A stretch of 63,694 nt of DNA, filler included, from Reticulomyxa filosa (Eukaryota > Protista > Foraminifera), in the NCBI GenBank assembly GCA_000512085.1. It is 18 parts of 18 records of this genome, joined end to end, with 100 filler letters (N's around TTAATTAATTAA, not from the genome) between each part and the next. Parts side by side here need not be neighbours in the genome. Positions count along the whole stretch, not along the records: positions 9,951 to 12,543 come from ASPP01020921.1; positions 12,644 to 14,744 come from ASPP01016126.1; positions 14,845 to 21,986 come from ASPP01003672.1; positions 22,087 to 32,762 come from ASPP01012021.1; 14 more parts are not named here. One strand, given 5' to 3'. Shown here in pieces: positions 9,992 to 22,870 of the stretch (its first letter is position 1; every line of letters starts with the position of its first letter). Under the pieces are notes generated by a model. The model saw nothing but the letters and a program-made list of their open reading frames with translations, was not told where the DNA came from and did not search any database. The position numbers and the translations under genes are program-made.

Positions 9992-12518
9992 ATGGACAAA
10001 CTTATGATGATATCACCAATGATCTACACGTTTTATTGTAGTCCTTACAACAAAAACACCACGTTGAAAGCACTGGTCCAAGTGTCAGTGGATCATGATG
10101 GTTGCCGAGTAAAGTTCCACAAGCAGTTCAGTGACAAACATAAATCGACGACTTTCTTATGGGATCCATTGTTGGAGTATCAGAGACAGCAGAGTATGAA
10201 CGCAGATGCACTTGAATTACAGCTATTGTGGTATTGGAAGACGCAGCTGCAAGAGTGGCTCCAACTTGTCCCGGAATGGAGTGCACAAGAAAAGCTGTTG
10301 AACATCCCTCCCTCCATCTTTGGCAGATTGAAATCCAAGCTCAATCACCTCTTTGCCTCCGCGACTGATAGCATTAAAAAAAATTTTCGTCTCTGGGGTT
10401 CACAACCTTGGTCTCAAGCCAAGGCATTTCATGACAGGAACTGTGGCCACTGACAACTTAAAAACGGATAGTCAGAATCTCACAATTACAGAACTGGCCA
10501 TGTCCAAGCGCAATTCGGAGATATTAACACAAAGGGAGATATTCATCAAAGTGGTTCACTCCATCTCAGCTCAGGTGAAGTCAATGTGCAAGGATCCCAC
10601 CATTTAGATAGGTGTGCTTGTGTACGTACATGTATACGTGCATGTGTGTAGTGTCAAGTTTTAATTATTAAATATAAGTGTATATACATTTATATAATCA
10701 CAGAAAAGCGAGTTTGGATCTTGCGCAAACAAAGTACTTGATTGGCAAAGATTTGAATATTAAAAGCAGTGCAGAGGCAATATTTAGAGAAGGATCCACA
10801 GCAAAAAATTGGAAACAATCTGCTAGTTGCCAATAATGCATCCATCAAAATTTTTAAAAGTTCCTTCGATGTCAACAACGACACTGACGTGTTTGGCTCA
10901 TTGTTTTTATTTGGAAGTCGCATGAAAGCAAATAACTTGAATATTCATAAGTTTTGAAAAAAGAAAACTTTTGGAGCCACTCTTTTATATACATATATAG
11001 TCTAAACACGTACACAGCACTTTTTTTTTTTTTTTTGAAGTGGTGGCAAAGGCAAGTTAGCGAACTCAAATTTGGAGCTAGGAAATAATGCAGAAGTGAA
11101 AGGAGAGTTAAATACAAAAGATTCGAGTGTAAATGTAAAAAACAATATGACAATTTCGGGAAGAATGATGGCGGAAAATTTGGTAATGAGCGTGAAGAAC
11201 TCCTTTACTATCTTGTCCAGTGGAGTGTTGGACGCAAGTGGTAACACCACGATTGAAAGCAGAAAAGTGAGCCACAATGGAGCCATTCATGTACGTAAAG
11301 ACGCGACGCTACAAATGAAAGCAAAGGCGTCGTTTTTTTCGAGTTACCACAGTATAATGAAAGGGAGGGAAGGAAAGATCAGTATTGAAGGCTCCACTGT
11401 CGATGTGAACAGCTATGGAAATGTAAGGGATTTGCACCTGAAAGGAGACAATATCGTAGGAGTGGATGATTTTTTATACGGTAGTGACAAAAAACAGAGG
11501 CTCAAGGTGTCCAATAACATTGCTTTGGAAAAAAATGTTGGATCATTCGATATCACTCAAGCTCTCAGTCGTGACTGCGGAATTAGCTTAATTGCGCCAA
11601 TGATTAATGTCTCCAACAATATATACAGGTTCATTTTTAATATATATATATATATATGTACATATATAATTATTTATTTATTAAAAAATGCAAGTTTTAT
11701 TTGTTTGTTCGTTTGCCTTGAAGTGCAAAAAATGTAATGCTGAAATCAACGAGCGAAGTTATTAAAATTATCAACTCCAAAGTCGATGGACAGAACACAA
11801 TTTTGGACTCTGCAAAAGCGATCGAAGCTGCTGGCTCCGAAGTTTATGGAAGGGAAAATTTGATGATGAAGGCAGTCGGTGATATCGTGAACAAATGCAC
11901 TGAAGCAAACGTTGGTAACAAAAAAAAATGGAAGAAGGGGAAATTTAGTGCTGGAAAAAGCATGACAATAGAAAGTAAGGAAGGCTCCATTGTTAACGAT
12001 GCCTCTGATTTGAAATGTGAAAACGGAGACATACGAATCAAAAGCAAACTTGGAGTGCAATTTTTGGCACGTACGCATACATACATGTCGGAAAAAAGTG
12101 AAGACAAAACAATATTGCGGTCCACGACTACCACAAAGACGAAAACCTCGTTTGCTGCATGCGACGTGACTGCCGGAGGCAATATACTAATCAAAACGGA
12201 GGGAGATTTCAAATCTGTTGGAACTGAGTTTAAAGCAGGGAATGAATTTCTTGCAGATGTGAAAGGAGAAGCCTCTCTTGCCGGACTTGTTTTATCCGAG
12301 TCCGAAGAGAAGACGGAAAGCTGGTATTTTGGGCTGTTCAAAGAACGATCCCGTGTCGATAAGCAAAACTATAGAGCCAGTGTTGTGCGGGCCAAAACGA
12401 ACAGTATCATCCGATCCAAATCGTTAAAAACGACTGGAGTAAAGTTTGAAAATGGAGGAAACTTGGACATAACCGCTGAAAATGCAATTTTTGAAAGACA
12501 AATACTGAATAATGCTAG
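9992..12518 (+). CDS. Large protein with filamentous haemagglutinin/CdiA-like beta-helical repeats (internal fragment); introns 10612-10703, 10951-11040, 11629-11723 and one starting at 12519
   Basis: The spliced product has repeats such as GDIHQSGSLHLSSGEVNVQG, LDASGNTTIES, GSEVYGRENLMMKAVGDIVN, FSAGKSMTIESKEGSIVNDASDL and DVTAGGNILIKTEGDFKSVGTEFKAG, plus S/E/K-rich 'SESEEKTESWYFGLFKERS' spacers typical of FHA-2 repeats. Three GT-AG introns restore the frame, and single-base slips occur in A-runs (~10380, ~10492, ~10806). Confidence 0.75.
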
Positions 12519-12793
12519 GTTTGAAACGAAACCTTTTTTTTTTNNNNNNNNNNNNNNNNNNNNNNNNNNNNNNNNNNNNNNNNNNNNTTAATTAATTAAN
12601 NNNNNNNNNNNNNNNNNNNNNNNNNNNNNNNNNNNNNNNNNNNTAGTATGATATATACATATATATGTATATATATATATATATATATATACGTATACGT
12701 ATATATATGTATACCTATACATGTGTATGTAATGTGTATTGAATAAAAAAAAAAAACAAAACCAATGATAAACAGCAAAGAATATGTAAATAG

Positions 12794-13301
12794 GAAGCCG
12801 TAAAACAAATAGTGAATAAATTTCTTGAGCATAGGAGTGCCGAAATGTGCGTGGATTGTTGTGAAGACCAACTGGACCTTACACCAAGAGAAAATGGCAA
12901 AGACCAAATTGCCGGTCAAAAAAAGATTGAAACGCAATCCTTCATTGACCCAACAAGACCAGTTGAACACACATCCATGTTCATTACTTATCTTGGGCTT
13001 GTTGTTATGCTTCACGATCGAACTCGACACGACTCCACTATCATATCTGTTATCGAAATTAGCAAAAAAATAAAACGTGCCATGTGTCCAAACAACCACA
13101 GTCGGTAACGCATTTGCACTACCGCTGTCCCCCCTTTCGTCTCTTGCTGCTGTTGCTGTTGTTGCTGCTGTTGGTATTGCAATTGAGACTGTGCTTGATG
13201 CTGCGATGTCATTTGCGACTGCTTCAAAGTCCCCAACTGAGCGCGGTATATCCGTCTTTGTTGACGGTTTATTGACAAGTAATACACACAGGTTACAATA
13301 A
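12794..13301 (+). CDS. Hypothetical protein, 3' fragment with a C-terminal hydrophobic segment
   Basis: Coding-like composition after an AG acceptor. Frames 12812-13108 and 13077-13301 join at an A-run; hydrophobic SLAAVAVVAAVGIAI. Confidence 0.35.
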
Positions 13302-13942
13302 AATGATATAACATTACACAACCCAAGGTTAAGGATAAAGTCCATAACACAAAGGCTGTTGATCTGCCCACAATATAACATGGCCCCATATATGCTATTG
13401 ATAATTCTTTTTTTCCCCATGAGGTGGAAAAACTCAGCTTTAAACCATTTCCAAATGTTTTTCAAAAAGTAGAGCCAATCACATTGATTTGTATATTCCT
13501 TTACAAAATTTCTTTTTTCTGATTATCCTTTGTCATGGTGATGACAAATTTTTGTAGGTATCTCAAAATGTTGCGTGTAAATTGATTACATTTGTCATTT
13601 AGCTGTCTAATTATTTTTTTTTTTGTTATTCCAGTATCGAGTATACTTGTTTTAAAAATAATTGTACAACTTTAAAGTGATATATCTGCCAATGATAATC
13701 ACATCCACGAATCTTAATCAAAATCGGACGTAGTCTGTTGCGTTATATGTAACGGAGTTAATTTTTTTAATTTCTTGAATCTTTGTTAGCTGTCTTCAAC
13801 ACAAACAGTGCTATCGTAAATATACTTTTTTTTGTGTTAATAAACAAATAAACCTTTGTTGTACGCTGAAACAACGAGTCGAAAAATACAAGTTAAAAAT
13901 AACTCTCACTTCAACTTATATACATTATTAGTAATATTAACA

Positions 13943-14690
13943 ATGACGACTTACGGTGACGAATTGCAAGTTTTGATAGCTGCCAATGGGATGCCAGACC
14001 AAGATGCTGCAGATCATTACTTAAACATTGCTCAAATGTGGTATAATTCTCAACTCACTCACAGTTCGGTAATTCCACCACTCATCCCGCACACATACAC
14101 TGACAAAAAAAGCTTGTTGTTTTTTTGGCTAAAAAAAAATTGAAAACAAACAAAATCCAATTGAAAAACGACAACGTTTGAAACCTCTCTTCCTTTCCTT
14201 GCGAAAGAAATGTTGGCATTTAACAAACATATTCCCCGCATTGTGAAGTTTACAGAAGAAAAAGATGAGATATTACAATTGAATGCCCTGCGGATATTGG
14301 CGTTCGTATCATCCAATCAGAAACTGCATAAAATATTGTTTCAGCACAATATATTGAATTTGGCTGTTGTTTTTCTGAAAAAATCACAAGTTTTCCATTG
14401 TTTGTTTTGATGCGGTTCTGTGCTATGCATATACATATATGTATATACATGTATTTTTTTTTTTTAATAATGAGCCAAGGGGGGGGGGGAAGCAAAAGTC
14501 TTCTGCGCAAAATCGCGCATGTATTGCGAAAAAAAAAAGCTTCCACAGCCCTCTTCTTTTTTTTTCTCACACTATGTGCGATTTAACATTGTTCTTTTGT
14601 GAAGGACGCACAAATTTGGGAAGCAGGGTTGGTCGTGTTGAACCAAGTGTGTTTTCGATCGAAAGAAGATTTTAAAGAAAAAAAAGGTAA
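13943..14690 (+). CDS. ARM/HEAT-like helical repeat protein, 5' part (multi-exon)
   Basis: MTTYGDEL start. Segments HIPRIVKF...LQLNALRILAFVSS...ILFQHNILNLAVVFL and IWEAGLVVLNQV resemble armadillo repeats. Confidence 0.5.
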
Positions 14691-14698
14691 CAAATATT

Positions 14699-14736
<38 letters not shown>

Positions 14737-14844
14737 TTATTTTTNNNNNNNNNNNNNNNNNNNNNNNNNNNNNNNNNNNNNNNNNNNNTTAATTAATTAA
14801 NNNNNNNNNNNNNNNNNNNNNNNNNNNNNNNNNNNNNNNNNNNN

Positions 14845-14883
<39 letters not shown>

Positions 14884-14884
14884 G

Positions 14885-16288
14885 GTTTTATATTCGTGAC
14901 GAAATGAGACTATTTACGCTGTTGTATGCAATTGACGGAATACTTAGTTATCTAATAACGTTTTTGGTGACAGATTTTTACTGGTCTGAATACCTATTTG
15001 CGTGTGAAGAAACAATAATGTTTTCACTGGTGTGCTTGGTGAACATTTGGTATCCGATATATCAAATCCAACATGATCAAACTCATGACCTAGTCATGGT
15101 GGCAAGTGAGACTGACTTCAAACAAACACTGATTTCACCAAAAGGGTTTGAAACATTTATGGCTCATTTATGTGATGAGTTACGCCATTACAAGAGAAGT
15201 GTATATTGAAGAAAGGGAGGCAAGGGGGGGGGGGACAAAAAAAGGGGAAGCAAAAAAAAAAAACAAACGCGGAACGCATTCTTAAAAGCACGTATATATG
15301 CGTTAGGTTCAGCATGGAAAATTTGCTGGCTGGAATTGAGTTTACACAATTCAAACAGTTTTTGCTGCAAAATGAAACGTTTGCAGTCGCATTGATGGCG
15401 GAAATATTAACGCGCTATGAGAAAAGAGATATTGAAGCCCGCCAGATAGAGATACCGGACAATGAAGACAGTGAGAAAGATAAAGACAAAGATAAAGACA
15501 AAGACAAAGTCCATCTCAACCCTTTAATGTATTTGGGGCGTAGTGATCGATTTCTAGGAAAAAAATCAAGCTTGAGTGTGGTTATTCAGCCCGAAGATGA
15601 CAAAAATATTCGATACCATGTTTACCAACGGCTGGCACAATCTATTTATCGGCATCATGGGAATGGACTTGCTGCATTGGAGTCTATTTCTGGTCTTTTT
15701 TTTTTTTTAACGATCATTCTTTTCTTTTTTTCTTAAAAAAAAAAAAGATGTGTAAACAACGACAATATAATAGTAATAATAATGAATATAGAATATACCT
15801 TAGTAATGGTCCCTCTGCCAAAGGAAGGAACATCTATACCCAAGTCATATCTAGTCTATGGAGAAAATGCATTGATCACTCAACGAAGCCATCTTTCTGG
15901 CTTCCTAGTGAAGCAATCCACTTTAGGAGATAGTCCCAGCAGAGAAGCAGACGACTTGGTGGACGAAAGTCTATCTCATCCGGAGGAAAAAAATCAAGAG
16001 AGTATTGCCGACTATGTGAAAATTATTCGCGATTTGTATCATCGATATGTAGACAGTCATAGCTCCTTACAGATCAATATTGCTTATCAAACCCGAAATG
16101 ATATTCATCGTCATGTCAGTCATCTCATCCAACTTGTTGCTGACAAAGGACAGCTTCAATCCTATCAGTCTTTGTTTGAAGTTTTTGATCCAGCTATCAA
16201 AGAAATCATGATGTTGATGAGAGATTCCCAAAGTCGCTTTTTTTTGTCGCCTGGCTTTAGAGCATATGCCCGCTCTCTGTCACACTAA
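14885..16288 (+). CDS. Transmembrane RGS protein (7TM-RGS-like), 3' part; introns 15179-15306 and 15693-15803
   Basis: Two TM helices after FYIRDEM. RGS motifs GFE.FM.HL..EFSMENLL..IE, LY.RYV...S.LQINIAY and VFD.A..EI..LMRDS.SRF. Splicing gives LCDE|FSMENLL. Confidence 0.88.
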
Positions 16289-16898
16289 AATTGATTTTTC
16301 CTATCTTCAGTGTTTCTTTTTAAAACTATTCATTCCCTTCGTTTTTTCTTTTTGTATTTGATTGCAACGTATTTTTTGTGTCTTTCTCGTTTTTTATTTT
16401 TTGTTTGTTTTTACTGTTTTCTTCCGCATGCATGTACATTGCCTTCTTTTGACAATTTTTCGATATGCAAACTCGAACAACACTTGTAGCGCATTATATT
16501 AGTATTTGAGAAAAACAAAAAACTTGGACATTAGTGTATACGAAACGAATGCTTGATTGACTAGCAACAATTCAATGTCTCTTTCATAAGATTGTAAGGA
16601 GTGTATCCTTTTGTAGTGTATTGCTCAATCCGATTCAAAAAAATTTTCTTCTTAATTATAAGTATCTCTCATTCAACAAGAACTGTAAAATGATTCTCAC
16701 TGGAATGAGGAACAAAAAAGAATCAAGTCACTCCGCGTGTCCAGATAAAGTTAGTAGCTAGATAAAACCACGCGAAAAGGGTTATAATATGAAGAAAAAA
16801 AGATTACAAAGTAAAAACACAACCAACACAAGAAAGAATATGGTCGTGTTCAACATTCGAACATTAATGAACAAAAAAACCACAGAACAATTTTTTAC

Positions 16899-17559
16899 TT
16901 ATTCTTCTCCTTGTGTCGAACTTTCTTCAATAGGCATTCCAAGAAGTGGATTAACTAACGTTATACTTAAATGTATTTTTCCTGACTCCAGGTCATTTTC
17001 ATCCGTCAGTTGGATAACATGATGTTCTTCGACGTTCCACTCCAACGGCAAGAAGTATTTGGCATCTTCATTTCCTTGTTGGTGATCGTTGGTCTCAGCT
17101 TTATCAGTATTCTTTGGGTTTTGAGGATGTTTACCGTAATAAATACGGCATCCACCACTTATGTCATCTGGCTTCAATATGTCTCTGTCATCTAGTTGCA
17201 GTTCCAAAATCTGTGTACTGTTCAAACTTCCTGTTAGTCAACATTTGTGTGTTGTCAATCAATCCTATTAGTTTTTGTTGAAACTGGCTTAAAAAATTAA
17301 TGGTGTTCCCATAAAAAAAAAAACTATACTACAAACCAAATGGGAATTCAAACACTTCATCCCAAGTGCAATGTCCCCCTTTTGTTGTGATAACATCAGA
17401 TCTTTTAGTTTCGAAACGACTTCGGTTTATGTCCCCATAATGAAACACTACATATGCGTCCGATTCACCGTTGTCATCTTCGGCTGGTAAGTCCTCACCC
17501 CTTTTCAAAAAAATTCGCAACACTGGGCGTTGATCTTGAGTACAACATGCGCCGCCCAT
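16899..17559 (-). CDS. Small C2-domain protein with N-terminal acylation motif; intron ~17235-17333
   Basis: MGGACC start. C2 motifs LRIFLKRGEDLPAEDDNGESDAYVV, WDEVFEF and LQLDDRDILKPDD, with the Ca-binding Asp residues retained. Confidence 0.85.
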
Positions 17560-17922
17560 TATTCTCTGTTGGAATGGATTTGTCGAAACACAAGAAAGAA
17601 TTAAATAATTAAACAAAACTTGGCTAACAAAAAAAATTGGGAGGGGACACTTGTTTTGGTTCTACGCAAGTGAAGAACAAAAAGTTGATGCAATTTTGAC
17701 GCGTTAGGGATAACATAACTTCAGGAAGAAAGTATAACAAAGGGCATATATTCACTTTCTTCTCAAAAGAAGACTATCACTTCATTAGCAGCAACTGAAA
17801 GTTGTAATTAAGAGGATCGGACAGGTAAACATGAAAATCTTCCAAACTGAGCAAAAGCAAAACGAGTTAAAAAAGGACAAGAATTTTAAAAAAATTATTA
17901 AGAACATTACTGCAAACCGACT

Positions 17923-18359
17923 ATGACATATTCATTTTGTTTTTCTATCCCCTATGGAGTGTTGATATCAATTGGTGGTTTGATTGGTTATGCTCGAACG
18001 GGCAGTGTGGTCTCTTTATTCATGGGTCTGTTGTTTGGAGGGATTACGATTGCCTTTGGCTACTCTGTTATAAATACTTGCACTTTATTGCATTGACAAG
18101 GCAAAATGGATGTACTAACTGTGCATTGTGTAAAAATTGTTTGACACAGGCATTAAATCGTTACTATGCACGAAAGAGTGACAAAAACCAGATCATCGGG
18201 GGTTTAGTGACGTCAGCGATATTGACGGTAGTGATGGGCACGAGATATTCCAAAAGTGGCAAATTCATGCCTGCTGGAGTGATCGCACTGTTATCGCTAA
18301 TCATGTCTATTTTTTATGTTTACAGGCTGCAGTATCCACTGCCATTGAAAAAAGACTGA
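17923..18359 (+). CDS. TMEM14 family membrane protein; intron 18067-18149
   Basis: YG.L...GGLIGYARTGS..SL..GLLFG and MGTRYSKSGKFMPAG match the TMEM14 signature. Homopolymer frameshifts in exon 1; start approximate. Confidence 0.88.
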
Positions 18360-20760
18360 TTACAGCAAATTTTTCAAAATATTGATAGATGATGAAACAC
18401 CTCTTTGTGACCAATAAAATGTTGAAATTCTTGTAATCAGGCAAAAAATAATTGATTTGTTTTGAACACAAAAATTTCTAAACTTGTATGTTTTTATTTT
18501 CCCTTCATAGCCTAAGGGTTAATAAATATTTTCTTCCCTTTTTCTTAATTTTCTGGACGTTTCACTTCAAAATGAAATTTCAGGGATTGAAGCTGTTGCT
18601 AACAAGAAATTTTTTTTGAATGGATAACCAAAAGGCAAGGTCAATCAATCAAAGTCATTTTTTGGTCAAAAAATGTTGCGTTCCTTTCGAGAACTAAGTT
18701 GTATTTCATATTCTTACAAAACTCGTACTTGTATGGTTTGGATGATTATTGTAATTAGTAAGAAATGCTCTGTATCATTGTTTGTAAAAGTGGCGCGAGC
18801 ATGGTACAGTTGCAGCCAGATTTATCTTTTTATTTTCCTTGAACTGAAGGAAGTTCGAGACAAGTAGGAAGATTTTTAAAAATCACTTTCTTTCAATGAT
18901 TAAATTATTTATTTTTCTTTTGAGTGAATGCGAAAGTGGTCGTTTGTGTTTAGTTTCCAATTTCTTTTCTCAGAGGAATTCGAAAACAAATTAGTTAACA
19001 AATAATTCTTTTTTCATCAACAAAAAGGGTTAAAAATGATACATACTGTTAAACAAACAAAAGGGATTTACTGGGAAAAAAAATAAGTATTTTCAGTAAC
19101 GAAGAATATCATTCGTAAAAAAAAACTGTTTAAAATTTTTCTTTTTGAACTTGAAATATGAAATTTTTAAATAAGAAGACATATATAAACTGCTAATTTT
19201 TATGTTTTGAACGTCAAGAGTTAGTTTTGACCCTTTCATTAACATATATGTAGATATACAATACATAAACTTTGCTAAATGATAATAAAAAAAATGTACT
19301 TGTAATGAAAGCACTTCTACTAAACTCAAAATTGAAACTTGAAAAACCTGAAGTGACAGCAGAAGTAACATGCTGGTCGAAACATCACGCAGTTATACAG
19401 AACAATTATAAAAAGATTTGGAAGAATGTGAATAAGAAGAACAGCTTGGCCAAACAAGAAAAAAAAATGATGACAATACATAGTCCAGATAATGTTAATT
19501 TGGAAAAATATATAAAATTTTTGTGAAGTGTATACATGATAGTTGTAGAATATAATACTCAATTGTGACAATATGGAGTTGTCACCAAACATGTGGAAAC
19601 AATGAAACAAATAAATTGTTTTGTTTATGTTAATTTTTTTATTATTAAAAGTACTTTTGAGCTCTTTCAAGCATAGATTCGAACAATGTGTGGCGCTTTC
19701 GAGTCAAATTCCACTTTATTTTCAGGTATTGTTCATAATTTTTGAAAGTACAATAATATACATTTGTAGATAAACTCGAAATTTTTAAACATAATATTTG
19801 TTTGTTATTTTTTCTTTGAATTACTTTTATTCAAAGTTTTTATCTCTTTAGATTTTGTGGCTGTGTAATGTAGGGCAAGGCACTAACAGTGTAAAGTGAA
19901 GTTCCTGCTTAACTCAGGAAACTCTTTTTTACAACAACTTACTAACTTCATATTATCATTCTCTTTTAGAAAAAAAAGCAAACTGAATGTGAAAAAGATA
20001 ATCTTTGATTTTATATACTTTAACCAAATTTAAAAACAACCTTTCTCTGTAAATCATGAATCCTTTCGTTTGTTACTCCAAAGTGGGTCAATAAAAAAGA
20101 TATTTTAAGTTCATCAGCTACAACAATTCAAATTAAACTTTTTTGTTTGATTACACACTATTTCTCATATCTATGAATTAGTAAGAATTATAATATTATT
20201 TAGTTATCAGAGAAGAAAAAACAATAAATGGCAGGTATGATTTTCAATCAAAATGTAACATAATGGATGCTCATCAAAAATAAGGAAGAGTGACATTTTG
20301 TTGGCAATATCGAATATTTGCAATATCAACTTTAAATATTAAACAAGGTTTTGCATTCCGTTAATCAGTCACAGTCAATCCTCATTGAATTTTTGTTATC
20401 CTTGTTTTGCAAAATGATCAACGTGTTGACATTTGATGTTAAGATATATGTTAATATATTTTGTTTCTCTCTCTTTTTATTATCGATCATATGAAAAAAG
20501 TAATGTATGATTAGACTTGTTTGATTGTGAGAAACAGTAAACACTGATTTTTTTTCGAAAGGAATAAATCATGCTAGAATCACAGATAGTGTGACTACGC
20601 ATGCACAACAAGCAAAGTGCCAAGATGTGAGGAACGAGCATGAAGAGGGGGATTAGAGCCACTTCATACTTATCCATAGAACTTAAGAGCAATAATGGAT
20701 TGTGAAAATGAAAACATGAAACAATAATAATAAAAACAAATGCAAAACAACGATAAAAAT

Positions 20761-21956
20761 TCAAGGTAGTGGGATTGAAGGAACAGGAAACAATGACCTT
20801 CGATCACTTCGCATGGATTCATGGACACGTCCATCTTTACTTGACAACACAGTGGCATGATCAAATCGACACAAAAGATCCCAGACAATTCTGGATAGTT
20901 CAAAGTTGAGATTGCTTTCCAAGTGCAGCCCATCAAATCTCCAGCTCGAGTCATACATCCGATGGATACTAATTTCGGCCACTGGAATGAAGATCCATCC
21001 GAGAGGCTCGAAGATGTCCTTCAAAATGTTATTGAAAATGACACTCCGAGGGCCTGTGTCATGATACTCGCGTTCACTGATGATATAAGGGCTCTCAAAT
21101 ATTATGCGAACGGGCCATTGTGTTTGCGTTTGAGTGTACAGCTCATTAAATATTGAGTTAAAAGATTGAGCGATTTCGATCATTTCTAAGTTGTGTTTAT
21201 ATATAAGTATATATTGCCAAAAAAAAAACAAAATGCACGTACATATACACAACAATGTATGCGTATATATGTATATATATATATGTGTATATACAATATA
21301 TTTGTACATACGCATATTTTCTAACATGTATGCATATACATTCAAAAACAAAACAACAACAACAACAAAAAAAAAAAAAAGCAAAGCAAAGCAAAACAAA
21401 CTTGACCTTGACGAAAGCGTTGGACGGAGTGATGCCACATGCGATGAATGATACGAAAGTTTTGGATGATGACATCGGGTTTGTGTTTAAGAAGTAAGCG
21501 TTTAAACTCGCCAGTGGTGTACCAGCTGTCGCTGACCAAAAGGAAGGAGGAGTTTGCGTTTCGATTGAACTGCAGCAGTTTGTCTTCATTGAATTGTCCA
21601 GTGAGCACTTTTTCGAAAGCGCGAGAAAAGCCGTCAATGACCGAGTCGCCACTGAACAGAATCTTGCGCATTTTTTTTTGAGCCATGCACTGTTGAATTT
21701 GCAGCGGTGTTTTGACATCCCATTTGCATTGGTAGGGCAAATACGTCATAGCAGGCCAGCCATGTCTGCCTTTCCAAACGAAGCATATCGGGTGATCATT
21801 CTCAAGCAACGCGTTTTCATTGGGAGAAGTGGGACATTGCAAGTCGGGATACAAGTATTGGATTGACACCCAACGTCCTTTTTCCCATAACCTTTTGCAC
21901 AAGGGCAAGGAGGCGAGGGGCGTTGCAGATGATTGTTTTGGTTCTTTTTGTTGCAT
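20761..21956 (-). CDS. SGNH-fold PC-esterase/TBL/NXPE-like acyltransferase or esterase, 3' part; intron ~21210-21403
   Basis: Y.PYQC.W...CM..K.ILFSGDS (GDS block), PDVII.N and terminal DGLH (DxxH) motifs. Confidence 0.75.
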
Positions 21957-22149
21957 GCTTGTTATTTGTTGTTGTTGTTGTTGTTGNNNNNNNNNNNNNN
22001 NNNNNNNNNNNNNNNNNNNNNNNNNNNNNNTTAATTAATTAANNNNNNNNNNNNNNNNNNNNNNNNNNNNNNNNNNNNNNNNNNNNCTTCCACTTCACAC
22101 TACCCGAAGGCGGGATTACTTTCATTTGTCGACTGCACTCAATTCAACA

Positions 22150-22870
22150 TAAAAAAAAACAGGTACATTTGTTAAGTGTGTATATATGTATACGTTTTTT
22201 TGAACAAAAACAAAACAGTGGATTTTGTGGCACTATTTTCAAATGTTTGGGATGCCATTCATTATTTACAAATCGCAATCGAAACTTTCACTGTATCCCC
22301 TTCTCTTGGATGAATCTCATTTCTTGATTCTTTCCCTACTTTCCATAACACCACCTATTGTCGCATTTGTTAAACAGTAATCAGTATGTTACCCTTTAAA
22401 CTAACGTATAAAAAACGACTCCAAAATTATTCAAGCATATAAATAATTGAACCATTTTGTTTCATGTTACATACTTTTTCACGCTTTTCACTTGGATAAG
22501 TGGAAAAAGGAACAACTTCTACTGTCGATTCCTTGCTTGATACACACACTTTTCCAGAATATAATTTTGGTAATTTCATTTCTTTTACTGTCACTGTATT
22601 ATTTTTATCTATTGCATATGTGCATTCCATTTCGTCACCTGTTTTGCAGTCCAATTCTTCCCATTTCTCATCATTTTGATCAAGTTCGATCTTTATACCA
22701 CACTATTTTAGATCATTTTTATTTTTTTATTTGAAAAAGTATTGTTTTGGTTGAGTTTTCGTTTGCTACCTTCAACAGTGCCTGCACAGTGGAAGATTCG
22801 ATCGAAATCACAACATTTCTTTGTTTTCTGAAGTTTCATTCTCATTTTTTTCGTCCTCCATTTTTCGTTT
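22150..22870 (-). CDS. Hypothetical multi-exon protein, 5' fragments
   Basis: Coding-like ORF 22427-22654 and flanking coding-like segments; no family recognised. Confidence 0.3.

Noticed and set aside
10375-10810. Frameshifts here (and near 415, 17940-18020, 25690-25825, 44175, 57590) as programmed frameshifting or pseudogenisation
   Set aside because: They fall mostly in A/T homopolymer runs in otherwise conserved frames, which is typical of pyrosequencing error.
9992-12543. FHA-like contig as bacterial contamination
   Set aside because: Frame-restoring GT-AG introns with host-like TA-rich content argue for a nuclear eukaryotic gene; read-level confirmation is still needed.
12596-13465. 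289-aa minus-strand ORF and overlapping poly-Gln ORF (13012-13389)
   Set aside because: They run through a TA microsatellite or are antisense shadows of a GTT/GCT-rich plus-strand coding segment; no family signal.
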